Below, one piece after another: positions 39,701 through 54,589 of a stretch of DNA of 64,000 nucleotides; position 1 is the first letter of the stretch; each line of letters starts with the position of its first letter. Position numbers and translations under genes: made by a program. The stretch is taken from NCBI GenBank assembly GCA_012295275.1, contig CM022676.1, positions 12,648,001-12,712,000 of the forward strand, written 5' to 3'. The stretch is from Chrysomallon squamiferum. Lineage: Eukaryota; Animalia; Mollusca. The notes under the pieces were generated by a model, which was given only the letters and a program-made list of their open reading frames with translations, did no database searches and was not told where the DNA came from.

Positions 39701-40854
39701 GTGTCTGATGTTGATTCTCTTTCTTGTTGGAACTCTTTAGGAGGAAGAGGTGGACCTGCTGCAGTTAGGTTCACAGAAAACTGAGAACATCCAACTTCAT
39801 TACAGACAGTCAGTTTGTATGTTCCAATGTCATCTTGAGTAAAATTACTGATACTGAGAGAAAACTTGTAACCAGAATCTGTTACTGCTTTACTGTGTAT
39901 TTGTAGTGTGATGTTTTCTCTTGTGACCCGAGTGTTGTTAAAATCAGTTTGATCATCAAATTTACTCCAGGTAAAATTTGTGTAACTTGGTTTACAAAAC
40001 ACAGATTTGTGTAATACAACAGGATTTCCTGTCTCAGCTACCACAATGTTGTCTCTTTTGTTAATGATCTTAGGTGCAGCTGAAAGTAGAATTATCATAT
40101 TAATTATAACCATTTAAACTACCATATTATTAACAAGAAATTACTTTTGAATGCAGCTGAAAGTAAAATTATATTATTTATGTTTTAAACTGTTGTATTA
40201 TAGTAATACATAAAACATCATCTAAATATTAGTGAACTCAAAATGATTGTGGAAAAAGATCACACTACTATTAAACTGAAGTTTGTATGTATGTATGCAA
40301 ATGTATTTGTAAGTATGAATGTATGTAATTATTTATGTGCCTGTGTATGTAATTATGTATGTAATTATATATGTAAGGATGTATGCATCGACTTGTATGT
40401 TTGTATGTATTTATATGATTATGTATCATTTCTAGAAATGCATGTATTTTACAAAAGTTAAAACACATCTATTGCAAAGCATGTAAATAATCATATTACG
40501 ATATTAATCTGAAAAACGCAATAAACACTTTATTTCTTTTAATATTGTAAGAACAAAATAACTACACTACCAATTGTCACTGATTTGTGGATAAAACCAG
40601 TATCAAACATAGATTAACATAATAGTTATCAGTGTAGAGAAAGAAATGAAGTTTCAAAATTGAGTTTGTCAAGTATTTAAGCAAAGGCGCATCCAAATAC
40701 ATGAGATCAGTACTGAGAAAATATTTTCTTCATTATTATGAAATAACTTTTACAATTGTATAGCAATATCTAAAACTTGGATAATGTTTACTACAGAATT
40801 ATTTCCTAGGTGGTTCAAGTATAGTTTAAAAAAAAAAAAAAGGAAGAATAAAAA

Positions 40855-40913
<59 letters not shown>

Positions 40914-42650
40914 AAGAAGAAGAAGAAGAAGAAGAAGAAGAAAAAAGAAAAAAAGAAAGAAAATATTATTCATCTACAATTAAACTGATACCTTCAACAT
41001 AGACACTGCTGGTTTTGTTTTGTAGTAAACTTCCATTCCTGTCTGGGATTCCATTTTCCACACTACAGACGTAGATTCCACTCTCTTCAAACGTAACAGG
41101 ATTAAACTTCAATCTGTACTGATTACCCGTTACCTTTGTTCCTGGCACATCTTGAATAAACACGTCATTCCAGTAATGTTTGAAGTGTCTGAAGTTCATG
41201 TTGTCAGGACGACCATCAGCAGAACAGTTGATATTCAGTGACGTGTTTTCAGTTGTGTTTAAAGAAGGAAAAGTCAGATCAGGAGCATCTGAAAACAATT
41301 ACTAAATTTACAGTAATAAATCAAGTCATCAAGTTAAACAAGTCATTACTATCACATACTTGATAATCTAACTATCTTTCTAATGGCAACAGATGACAAT
41401 GACTAGGTTAGACTTAGGAAAACAAGACATTGTCTTATAAGTGTTATATATATAAGTCATTCCGTGACAAATCACCCAATGGGTTAAACCCGACCGTTTC
41501 CCGAATTTTTATGAAATTTGGTATATTTGTTGACTGGGATCCCACAGCACCAAATCTGAAATATTAGCTCAATTGTATCAGTGGTGTAGGAAATATGGCC
41601 CACCGAATTTTGATATTTTTGGCAAAAATGGCCGTGACCACCAACCTTTGAACCCTCATATCTCAGGAACTACTGGGCCAATCTTCATAAAATTGGTATT
41701 GTTCAAAAGGCAATATGACACGGATTCCAAATCTGCCAAACCTTTTGACCTTTGCTATGACCTTGAAATTGACTGTGTGGATCACGTGATCTTGACATGA
41801 CCTTTAGTGAAATTTAATCTCCCACATGTTAACTAAAACATATAAAGGTTTCCTGGGTGTAATATTTTTTGTTTAGCCACAATATAGATTTACAAAATGC
41901 ACATACATGAAAATAACACCTTTTCAGCCATTAACATCTGATAAACTAAAACCTGAATGGTCAATTCTGGATGTTAGGAATCACCATCTTTCTTGATCAT
42001 CGAGTAAGACATTAATATCTCTATCATCATCATCATCATTGTTATTTTTATTATTGTTATTGTTATTACTATTCTTGTTGTTAAATACTTACAGTACACA
42101 GTGAGTGTTTCAGTGTCTGCGAGATTATATCTGTGAGTCTGGTGAAGTGCACTGCACTGACAAGTCTTAGAGTTGAGATTTCTTGTAACTGTAAAAGACA
42201 AATCTACAAAAACACTGTTTTCATCTCCCTCAGTTGAAGTGTTCATGTGAGCTGTGTCACAAGACAGACTTACTGATGACACTAGAGGTTTACCACCTGA
42301 CACAACACAGCGAATGTTCAGTGTGTCTCCTTCATAAATCACTTGTCCTGTCTTGTATCCTCTGATTTCTGGAGGATTCACAGGTGGATCTGAAAACAAA
42401 AGTTTTAGTGAATTAAAGAATCCATTTAAAAAGAATTATTATGTTTTTATTAATTTTCATGTTGTTTTTGACAGGACAGTCAACACTGTGTACATGTTCC
42501 AGGGTGTTTGTAATCACAGCTCACACAGCTTGTCCTTACTCTTAATTTCAACAAACGAGTTAAATACATCTAGATTGTGTTAGACAAATGATATTATGAC
42601 ATCTGAACCTACTTCTACCCAAAAGGAAAGGAAAGTAAATATTCAAAATG

Positions 42651-42711
<61 letters not shown>

Positions 42712-45700
42712 AATAATGTTTTTCATTGTACTCACAAATCAGACTCAGTGTAGTTTTTGTTTTTGAGTTCTGTTCAGGTATCTGAGAATTCTGTATTTTA
42801 CACTCTATTTCATCTCCATCTTGATACCACTGTGGAACCAAAACCAGATTCTGACTAAACAGCTTTCCTCCATCACCAGCGTCTTGTTCTCTGATTGGTT
42901 CGTTTGAAATCAGAATCTGACCACCAGTGAGATTTCTCCAAGTAAAGGTCACACTGGGACTTGATGATGCACTTTTACAGGTCAAGGTCAAACTGGTTCT
43001 GTCTGCATCAAATTTAGCTTGGTTTCCAGACATATCAGTTCTGTCAGGACCAACTACAGTTTAGAATATTTTAAGAGTAAATATACTGCATCTTTAATCT
43101 TACAAAACACAGAGAGAAAAAGATGTGAAAAAAATAATTAATAAAAAATAAAAAGTGAAGATAATAATTATTCTGTATTAGGCAAATACTGATATATTTT
43201 GAGAAAATATCACAAAAGAATAAAGAAATCATTTTCTTTTAAAGTAATTTCTGATTGTATCAGAATTACATTATTTTTTCATACCAGAAAATAAAAGCCT
43301 ACAATAATTTATTACTGATAAAGCAATGATTTATTTCTATGATAAAACTATGTATGCCAAAATAATTACTAACAGATAAATATGTTATTACAGTTGTAAC
43401 AATAAAATTCTAAACATACATGCTAGTTTTGTTGTAAATGTTAAGTTTCTGGTCTCCACGTAGTTTCTGACTTGACAAGTGTAGTTCTGATTGTTGTACT
43501 TTCTGTTAATAGATTTCAAGACAACAGTTTGTGAGTGTGTGTCAGTTCCATCAGGAGTTATCCAGCTTACTCTGCCAGCAGGTGTTCCTAGAAAAGTGGT
43601 GTTACACACACAAGTTCCACTCTGTCCTGACTCTATGTAAGTATCTGGACACTCACCACTTGTAAAAGGAAAGTCTGGTGGTCCTGTAAGTGAACAGTTC
43701 AAAATTAAAAAACAAAATGTAAAGATTTATTTAATTATTTAATAATTACCTGACTGTTGATTCTATCTGATTTATAAAATAAACAAAGGACATTTTTTAT
43801 TTTAGTTCAATTCAGTGTTCAACTTTTACATTAGCAGGTATCAGTTTCACTTCTGAACCAGATAAATATGTTCACAAATCTACTTGTAAATCTAATTGTA
43901 TTTTGAGATAGTCCAAGTTTTTGTCATAACATCACAACATTTGAGAATAGTAAATAATTACAAATGGAATACAAGTTATGTATCAGACATGTTGTCTAAT
44001 CTGTTTAATCTCAAGTAACTGTAGTAATAGACATTTGAAAAAAAACATGAATTATTATGGCAATTTAAATTGTACAAGTACAGACTCACAGAAATGTTAT
44101 ATATACATTAGATATATCTAATATTTACAAACAATCAGTGGCTTGACCTAGATATTTTAAATAACCTTCATAACGATATTGTAAGATATGAATTACTATT
44201 AAAAAATAAAATAACAATAGATATTGCAGTTCTAATGTCATATTAAATTAACCATATAAAAAAAGTGTTGAAGTAAAATGGTGTATATAGATTGTTTCTA
44301 AATTTGTAAAAATTGAAATAAATAAGAGATAAATACTTTGTATATGTAGTTCAATTTTGTCAGTTGAGTTGACAGCAGGGATACTTTGATTGATCATCAA
44401 GTTATTTTCAGCAGCACAGGAAACTTTCTGACCATCATGTTCTCTGCTGGCTGTGTACGTCACACTTAATGTTGTCAGTCTGTCAGTAGTAGTGGGAGAT
44501 CCAGTGATGCTGACAGGAAGCTTGTTACTGTCTACGTACCACAAGATCTGTGAAACAGTCGGTGCTGGTTTGGCTCCCTGTACAACACAGGTAAAAACAG
44601 CAGAGTCTCCCTCAGTGATGTTAAACGAGTTTGGCCTTGATCCAGAAACTTCCGTGATTGTATAATTAACTGGAGCTGAAAGACAAATATGAAAACAATG
44701 AACAAACTTTGAAAAATTAGGTAAATGTCTTTAATATTAAACTCCAAACTTCAAGTCACTGGTCTTATGATTATTTCAAATAGTAAATTTTAAATGAGTG
44801 AAATAGAAACAAGAAAGAGGATTGTAAGTTTTCTTAAATGGTCTCTTTTAGTTATTAGTCTCATCAAATACTTAATGTATTCTCTGACAAAAGAAGAATG
44901 TTAATGTTATTCTGAGTATACAGTTTTACTTTTTTTTAACTATTATGGAATAGAATTTCATAACATTAACTGCAAAAAGTTAATTGACATTATATAAGGA
45001 AATATGTGTGTGTAAAATAATGCTTTTATTTGTGGAAAAATATTGGTGAATCTATCAAGTTTGGGATTTTCCTTATAAAACATTCGTGAGCTATCCTTTT
45101 CTCAATTTCCACTGACAGCCAAAATTAATTTCAATTTTAGGGAAAATGATTAAATTGCAAAGGAAGCGAAAGTTTAATGGCATTGGAGCAGGGTAGGGAA
45201 CAAGTCAGGGTTTGTCAATCTTTAATATCACCTGTACCAAGTAAACAAGGCTGTAAAAAAAGAAACAAGTAAAATTATATTTTTATTATTATTATTGCTT
45301 AGAAGAGAAAACAATATTTTGCTGTTACTTTTTACTGGTGAAACAGTGATTCTTGGCCCCAAAAATGTTCACAATTACATAACTAGCTACAGTTGTACTA
45401 AGGTATGAAATTTCTATTTTTCGTGTCTTTAGCAAAGCAATTAATTTTATTCTTGATATTTACTAATATTTTGCATCTACACCATTATCGAAAAAAATAT
45501 AAAGAGAATGACTTTATTTTAAAATTCCAAATTTAATCCATCTGAAATAAGGAATATTCTGCACATTTGATCCTTTGTTACCAAACATGGTAATTACATA
45601 ACCATTTATTTTTCTTACCAAAAAAAAAAAAAATAAAAAAATAATAAAAAAATAAATCTGAATAATTTCATTATTTTTGAACTGTTAGATCAGCCCCTTT

Positions 45701-47983
45701 AATTAGCTCTAACAGAGTAACCTATTTTTCTGTTTTAGTAATGTTGGAAATTACACTGGGATTTTTAACTATTTTTAACAAGAATTTCATTTTAAATATT
45801 AATACTGTATCAAGAAAAAGGCATTGACTGGTCTGTGTAAGATGTGTCATATAAACCAATGAATAATGGTAGTGCAGGTTCTTATTAACTTAAAAATTAA
45901 TTAAAACATCTGCAATTTTTCTTTTTAATAAAGATAATGTATTAGCAGAATGTCATGATAATGCTGATTTGTTTAAGTTGGCCAAATACCACAAAATAAA
46001 CTGAATACTTTGGAAGCATTTTTTCAATTTATCTAGTAGGTAATTCATTTTCAGAAAACATGACACACACGTATAATAAATAGAGTATAAAGCGAAAAGT
46101 ACTTAATTAGATTATACGCAGTGTTTGTGCAGAAAATATGAGATGTTTATGTTAGTGTATTCACATATTTAAATTCTATGCTTTGTAAAAGATAATAATA
46201 TTAAAAATAGGAGAAAGATTTGAGAAAGTGACAAGAAAATATTTTACTTTGCACATAAAAGTTCGATTTATAAATAATAAAATGTATTCCAGTTTTAAGT
46301 GTCTCATAATTTGAATTGTGAATGGACCTTGTAATTGTCACAGGGTCCACACCATCGAACATCCTGAATGTTTTACTACAGCTCAGTCTAGGATGACAAG
46401 AAATTTAAAAACTAAACTGACATCAATCTATATAAACCAATAATTCTCTCTATCCACTAGAAAAATAAACAGAATATGAATTAAAGTACTTTAACTATTT
46501 AATTATGTTACAAATAATAATAATGCAACAATGTATGAAACGTCATTATAATTAAAATATCCTTTTCTAACGATAATATCATATTACGAGGAACCAATAT
46601 AAAAATAAGAATCTGTACAGACAGCAGATTAAAGAAGTTAAAATATATCTGATGGAATTGTTTCTGACACATGTTGATTATACATGACACTCTATCAAAC
46701 TAAGAACAAACAAAGGCTGACCAACACTCATTAGTTCTCTGTCTGACCTACTGGCAGTCACTTTGTTTTTGTTTTGTTTTTAAATTGCTAAATGCCAGCC
46801 CTTTTAAAGCATCGTCATGGAGTTAAAAAAAATTGTTGGTACAAATAAAACATGTGATCATAACAAAAAAGTATTTAACAAAAGAAATTGGGTTTTTAAT
46901 TTGAATACAAAAATTGACATTATATATTATGATTTACAAACTTCTTAGAATGCTCTGACAGTAACAATGAACACAGTATAAACTTGGAAACAAAATATAT
47001 TACATTAAGAAATTAAAAACTTATTAAACATTTTTTAATTTTGTTTAACTTACTGTGAACTTGTAAATGAAAACTCCTGCTGTAATTATCATCATATCCA
47101 CATGTCCACTTAGTTTCATCTACAAGACTGACTCTGTTTATTGTCAGAGTGAGGAGTGTAGAAGTCCCAGTCTGACCAGCACATTTACAAGAGTAACCAG
47201 GAAGAGGACGAACTTCTCTACAAGATGACAGAACTGTACAAACACCATTTTCATTTCTTACAAAGACAAAAGGTAAAGTGATGCTTTCTGATACAGAACA
47301 ATGGAATGTGTAGCTTTGACTGAACACAGCAAAGGGAGAAGCAGAAAGGTTCACGTAACCTACAATTAAAGAAACAAAAACAATACAATATATACAGATG
47401 TGTTTGATTATGAATCATAGAGTATGTGTATGTATTTTTCTATAAGCCTTATTCCACATCTGAGAGCTGAAAAAAAAAAGATATATAAGAAAGGCTTCAA
47501 AAATCAATTTTTATATCACTATGATTATAATACTCATAATGTGTTTAGACAAACTGTTAAACATCCAGATGCTATTCAGTAATAAGAATCATTTATATTT
47601 TTGACTTTAACATTAACTATCAGGATTTAGACATGGTTAAATTCCACATAGCCCTTTTCATAAACATATATACTTGTTTGTATATAAATATATTATTTGA
47701 AGGAAGGTTCACATTTAAATATCTTTACTTCATCTGAACATTTTATTATATTTTGTCTATTTTTAGTTTCATTAATTTCTAGTAACTGAAATTAAATAAT
47801 TATATTTACTTGTTATTTGAAATGCATAAAATAACAGACTTTAAATGCACAATTATGAATTCTATAATTAATAATAATTTATTTGATTTCTGTGACAAAT
47901 CACTAAAGGGGTTCTGTAGAGTTAGCATCATGTGCTGAAAAGGTTAGGTCAATGCTAATAAGAACAACAACAACAACAACAAC

Positions 47984-48035
<52 letters not shown>

Positions 48036-51000
48036 TGTCTGTATTATGGTCTCCATAAACATTAAAAAACCTGGCATAAGAGAGATAATGTTTAATATAA
48101 AAATAAAAGAAAAGATTAGAATTTATTAATTGAGAATCAAAAAGAGAAGAAAAAAGATTTACTGTATTTACTCTTAATAATTAGTGATATGGAATTCTAG
48201 ACAACTTGTACCCAGGTCTGAGACAACTTGTACACACAATGAATTCTTCTTCAGATGATTGCTAAGCAAGCCCTTTGTTTCTTTGTTTTGTTTTAATTTT
48301 TTGAGGAGACACTCAGCTTTCTTGTGACTGATATGAAACCAGTCATTTAAAATAACACTAAAGTTCTAAACTCTTCCAAAGTTCAAACCTACTCAAAGTT
48401 CAGCAGTCTCTTCTTCTGCTGCTATAAAAGACGTGAAAACAATAATAATAATACAAAACACACGCTTGATCGTCGTCACGGTCGGTCCCGACATGGTGTA
48501 AGCTCTGAAGATAAGCTGTGAAGATCACTCACGGACGGATTGTGGATTGTGCTTTGTGCTGACTGAGCGGAATTCAGAAACGAAAAAAGATACTGTACCT
48601 TTTTTCTTTATTTATTTAGATTTAAATTCTTATTTATATTATTAGTAGGTTTTTGTATTATTGTTACCTTTATTACTTTTCTTTTTCTTTTCTGCTGTTT
48701 GCTATTCTTTTACTTTCCGGTATCTCAAATAACCGATATATCTTTTATCTTTATCTCGATCTGAAAGTGAGTTGCGTTCAGCTTTAGTCTTTTTGGAATT
48801 AATATAGAATTGTCTATATATTTAAAAAAAAAAATAATAATAATAATAATACATTCAAATATATTTTTGAAACCGATATATTTTTAAAACCCACACAAAA
48901 CAACATCAACCCATACACTTACACAACAAACATGGCAACGAAAAACATCACCATTTACAGCTCGGGAACTGACATCTCGGATATGGAAACAAGGGTTCCT
49001 AAACGACCTAGGGACAGGAGCCCAAGCTCCGTAGAAAAAACTCACAATAGAAAACAAAAGAAAAAAACAGAAAACACAGTTCAAGAAACGAAATCGGACA
49101 CAGAAATAACAGAACAACAAAAAATCATAAATAGAAATCTGCACATTTTGGAAAGGCTACGGGAAACCGACAGCGAAGACGAAACCGAGCCAAATGTATG
49201 GAAAATTACAAAAAGAAAAAAAAACAAAACACACCCACAGCCGAACCACCATTGCAGTTCACAATAAAAACTACACAAACATCAACAAACAGTTGCGCTA
49301 CTTAATAGAAGCGCAAGTTCATATTTTGGACAAAACTACAAAAGTCAACAAAAACAAAAATGAAAAGGAAATCTACTTTGAAGTAGACACAAAAACATTG
49401 AAAACAATCGGGCCCAACATCACAACCTGGGACGAAACCTTTGTCATCAGGGTTTTAGCCAAACTAATCCCTGACACAAAAGAAACGCAGAAAACACCCA
49501 CACCACAACCCAGAAAAACACTACTGGCAACACCGCAGACAAAACAAACGCCTACTACCAAACAGCAACAACAACAACCTAAACACACAACAAAATCAAA
49601 AGAAACAACATACAAATATATCTCCAAAGATTTGGGTTTTTATTACCCACACGCTAACAAACTAGATTTTTTTGAAATATTCAACAAAGAGCTGGTAGAA
49701 CAAACAAAATCAACTCTAGTCGGTGTGGAAATGTGGAGAAAACCAAACTACTGGACCACACTGACATTCAACAACAAACTTACAAACACAACCATCACCA
49801 TCGATGGGTACAAGTACACACTGGCAGAAATGAGGCCGCAGTTGCCCAAGTGCGGCCACTGTCAGAAATGGGGGCACATCACAAACCAGTGCTCCCACAG
49901 AAACAACCAGAAACATTTAACATGCAGTTTCTGTGGTGGAAATCACCACAGAAACTCAGGCCAATGCCGGTCTCTGGCAAAATGCGCAAATTGCCAGGGA
50001 CCACACGAATCGCACTACAAGATGTGCCCAGCAAAGATGCAAGCAAACAACAAATTCGAACACAACAGAAGAGACAACAAAATTATACAAAACGTCAACA
50101 AGAAATGCCAGAAAATAGAAGAAAAAACCAAAACCATCATAGAAACAAAAATTAAACAACAGAACGACAAACCAAAAGACAATCTCGACAAGGAGGTCAG
50201 GATTGCAGAAATACACAAAATCATTGTCTGCCTCCTGATTGAGCTTCAGAACATCAGGACCAACAAAGGAAACACGAATGATGAAGCCAATTTGGAGCAG
50301 ACAGTAGCCCACATAATTGAAGACAGCTTGGGCTTCAATATCGACACGCAGGACAAAAGACTAAAATTACACACAGACAGGAGAAATCCTACAAGCACAA
50401 AACAGTGAACAAAAACAAAACAAAAACAAACAGTAACAACCATTTACAAACTCTTCACGACAAGCACGCCAAGAACACAGGTCTCTCCGTCCTTCAATGG
50501 AACGCCAAAGGCCTTCACTCAACAGGCCACGGAGACGAACTACTACACTTCCTGGCCTCCACTACAAACACACCGGACATAATATGCATTCAAGAAACAT
50601 GGCTGGGACATCACAACAAAAACAACAAAACAACAAAAACCTTTACGGTCCCCGGGTACCAAAGTCATTACGTCAACAGATACAACAGCACCCGGGGAGG
50701 CATCATGACTCTCGTCAAACAAGACATTCCATACACCAAGCTGAACCAAGCCAAAGTTCACGCCAACATCGAAATACTCAGCATCACAATACACAACAAC
50801 AATCAAAACATCGACATCATTAACATATACAGCCCACCCACTCCCGCACTACACACCATTCAAACCCAAGATTTAAATAAAATAATCACAACAAACAACA
50901 AGGTCATTATAGTGGGCGATTTCAATTGTCACAACACCCTATGGGGTGGCTCGACAGACGACAGCCCTGGAATCGTCCTCGAAGATTTCCTGGAACAAAA

Positions 51001-54000
51001 CCAGCTGGTCTGTTTGAACGACGGAACATTCACATACACTAGCGACATCAATGGTGGCCAAACCGCCATTGATGTAACTTTCACAAGCAAGGACATCGCA
51101 GCACTCTCCGAATGGCAAGTGCTCGATGAGCTAAACAGCGACCACCACCCGATACTCACCAACTACAACAGCAAGAACACCTTCTCGGACAGATCCATCT
51201 TCACACCGAAATGGAACTTCAACAAAGCAGACTGGGAAGGCTTCTACACAGCATGCAGAAACATCAACACGCAGAACTCCAACGACATCGACGCCTACCG
51301 CGCATCACTCACCAACACGATACACGCCATTGCAATCAGATACATACCCAAAACCAGAAAATGCACCGGCAAAATATCCACTCCCTGGTGTACGGAACGC
51401 ATAGAAAACAAATGCAAGGAGAGAAACAAATACAGAAGACAATATAAAAAAGACAGAAATCATTCTACGCACGAAAAATACAAAATATCAAAAAAAGAAG
51501 TTTCCAACCTAATACTCACAGCCAAACAAGAACACTGGGAACTTTTTTGCAACAACATCAACCACAAAACATCAGTCAAAGACATGTGGGCCAAAGTAAA
51601 AAACATTCAAGGAAAAAAACCCCACAGAATTAACACTCTCGGCAAAACCAACATCGCATTCACTGACAAGCAAAAAGCGGACCTACTCAGCCAAACCTTC
51701 GCCAAGTCCAGCAGCAATTCGAACTTCCCACTGAAGTTCGCAAAGAAACAACTGGACAACCAAGCAATCGGCGAACAGTCCGCAGACACAGAAAACAGAA
51801 CATATAATCAACTATTTAACATCAGTGAATTAAAATATGCACTCAAAAACAAGAAAAGTACAGCCACGGGGCCAGATAAAATAAGTTACACAATATTACA
51901 ACATCTACCAGACGAAACCCTACTGGTTATACTCGAACTTTACAACACAATATGGACCACCGGCAAGATTCCAACAAACTGGAAACACGCCGAATGTTTC
52001 AGCTTGCCCAAACCACACAAAGATCACTCACTACCCAACAGCTACAGGCCGATCACGCTGACGTCACATATGTGTAAAACTTTCGAAACAATGATCAACA
52101 CACGCCTAAACCAGCATTTAAACGACAACAATTTAATCAGCAAATTTCAAAGCGGCTTCAGGAAGAAACACAGCACTAACGACCAGATCACACGCCTGCA
52201 TACATCAATTAATCAATCTTTTCGAAAATCAAAAAAAGTTATAGCAGTATTTTTAGACATAGAAAAAGCATTCGACATGGTATGGAGGGAAGGACTGTTA
52301 ATTAAATTAATAAATAACAACATTAAAGGCAACATGTTCAACTTCATCAAAGACTTTATCAACAACAGATCCATAGCAGTCAAAGTAAACGGTCACACCT
52401 CAGAGAAAACGACAATCGAAAACGGCATCCCCCAAGGATCCGTGATCTCGCCCACACTCTTCAACATCTACATCAACGACATCGTCACAGCACTCGACCG
52501 ACAAGACAACGACAGAAATCCGCCAAAGGAGCCGATAAACACAGCACTCTTTGCAGACGACTGCGCCTTTTGGCGGGCAGGAAGATCGACAGCAGCAATA
52601 CAGAAACAAATACAAAAAGACTTAAACAACATAAACGATTGGGCGTTGAAATGGGGCATAAAGATTTCTCTCTCGAAAACGACGTGCCTCCTTTTCAACA
52701 AGAAATCAGACAACAGTAAGATCACTCTCAACATCGACAACAACTTCATAACACAAACAAAGACATTCAAATTTCTAGGTGTGACATTCGACAGTCAACT
52801 CAACTTCCGATGCCACATATACAACATAATTGCCTCCTGCAAAAAAACAATCAATCTTCTCAAGTTAATTTCTGGAACCAGTTGGGGAGCAAACGAGTCA
52901 ACGCTGATTTTGATACACAAAGCGTGTATTCTCTCCAAGCTCGACTACGGAGCCACGGCTTACTCGAATGCTCCCAAACTTTATTTAAAAAAACTAGATA
53001 TAATCCAATCAAGTGCCCTCAGGGTGATCGGCCACCTGCCAAACTCAACACCATCCGACAGCCTCCTGTCGGAATACAGCATCCAACCATTAAAATACAG
53101 AAGAAAACTGCAGCTACTAAAATACAACCTGAAAATACACACACTCAACACAGACCACCCGGTCAAGGATCTGGTCCCCGACGAACAACGGATAGGACAA
53201 CTCTTCAAATCGCATAGTCTACTACTATCGAATTTCCCGACAACAGCTAGCGATAATCGAAAGGGAAACAGGAATAGGTGAAATGCCACTGCCGGATTAC
53301 CACAAAGAAAGAAAACCGACAATCAACACACCTTTCCTGATAAAAAGAGAAACTGACAAAACAGAGATCCAACCATTCAAAAAAAATCATTTTTTTGGCA
53401 GCAGCAAACGACCACTACAACCAACACACGCACATCTACACTGACGGATCCAAAAACCCAGACAACGGGAGAGTAGGATTCGCCTTCATAGCTCAAGATC
53501 ACACAAACAAACCCACATGCATACAATTCGGCCGTATCAGAAATCACCTTTCGGTATACACGGCCGAGTTGGTAGCCATCATCAGAGCCATGCTGTGGGT
53601 TAAACACAACAACAACAAACGCACAGTCATTTTCTCGGACAGTCTAAGTTCCGTGATCTCGATACAAACCGGAAGTTCAAGCAGACCAGACCTGCTCAGC
53701 AAAATACAACAACTACACGAAGAAATACAACACAACAATAAAGAAGTAACCATCGAGTGGCTCCCAGCACACGTCGGCATCCTCGGCAACGAACTTGCCG
53801 ACCATTACGCCAAAGAGTCACTCACCATTAAAGACGAAGACATCTGCACAGACATACATTACGGAATAAACGAAATAGTCTCCATCGCTGCCAAACATTA
53901 CGACAAACAATGGCAGAACGAATGGAACAACACGAAAAACAAATGGCACTTAAACATCAAACCACTCGCCAAAACACCCAAAATCACACTCGCCAACAAA

Positions 54001-54551
54001 CTATACAACAACAACCTCACCAAAGTCAGAATTGGTTACTCAAACAACTTAAACGCAATTCTATACAAACATAATATCATCACATCACCCAACTGCAGTT
54101 GCGGACTCTCAGAAACCATGAAACACTACTTGTTTCACTGTCCAAACTTTGCCAAGGAAAGACAAGCACTATGCAATACATTGGAGGAACTAAAAATCGA
54201 GTTCACGCTCCAACACATCCTGGCACCAAACGTGAAAGACAGAGAGTTAGTCCTCGCTGCAGTAACAAATTACATTCTCAAAACAAAACACAAACTATAA
54301 ACCTTTTTTTTTTTTTTTTTTTTTCACACGAAAACAAACAACAATTATATAAATGTATTGACCTGCGGATTGATTGAACAGCTGATGGATCTACGGATGG
54401 ATCGGCTGACTGACGGATCAATTTAAATGGCCAATTAAATTAATAATTAAAAAATGATAAACATACTATACGAACCCACTTTCAGACATTACTAACCCGG
54501 TTATGGTGTCTTATTTCAAATTTTTTTTTTTTTTTTTTTATAATTTAATTC

Positions 54552-54589
<38 letters not shown>

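Noticed and set aside
48454-48580. HDV-like ribozyme at the LINE 5' end
   Set aside because: I could not assemble the nested double pseudoknot by eye; a covariance-model search would be needed.
49373-53789. Numerous antisense and alternate-frame ORFs inside the LINE
   Set aside because: By-products of the strongly A/C-skewed coding strand.
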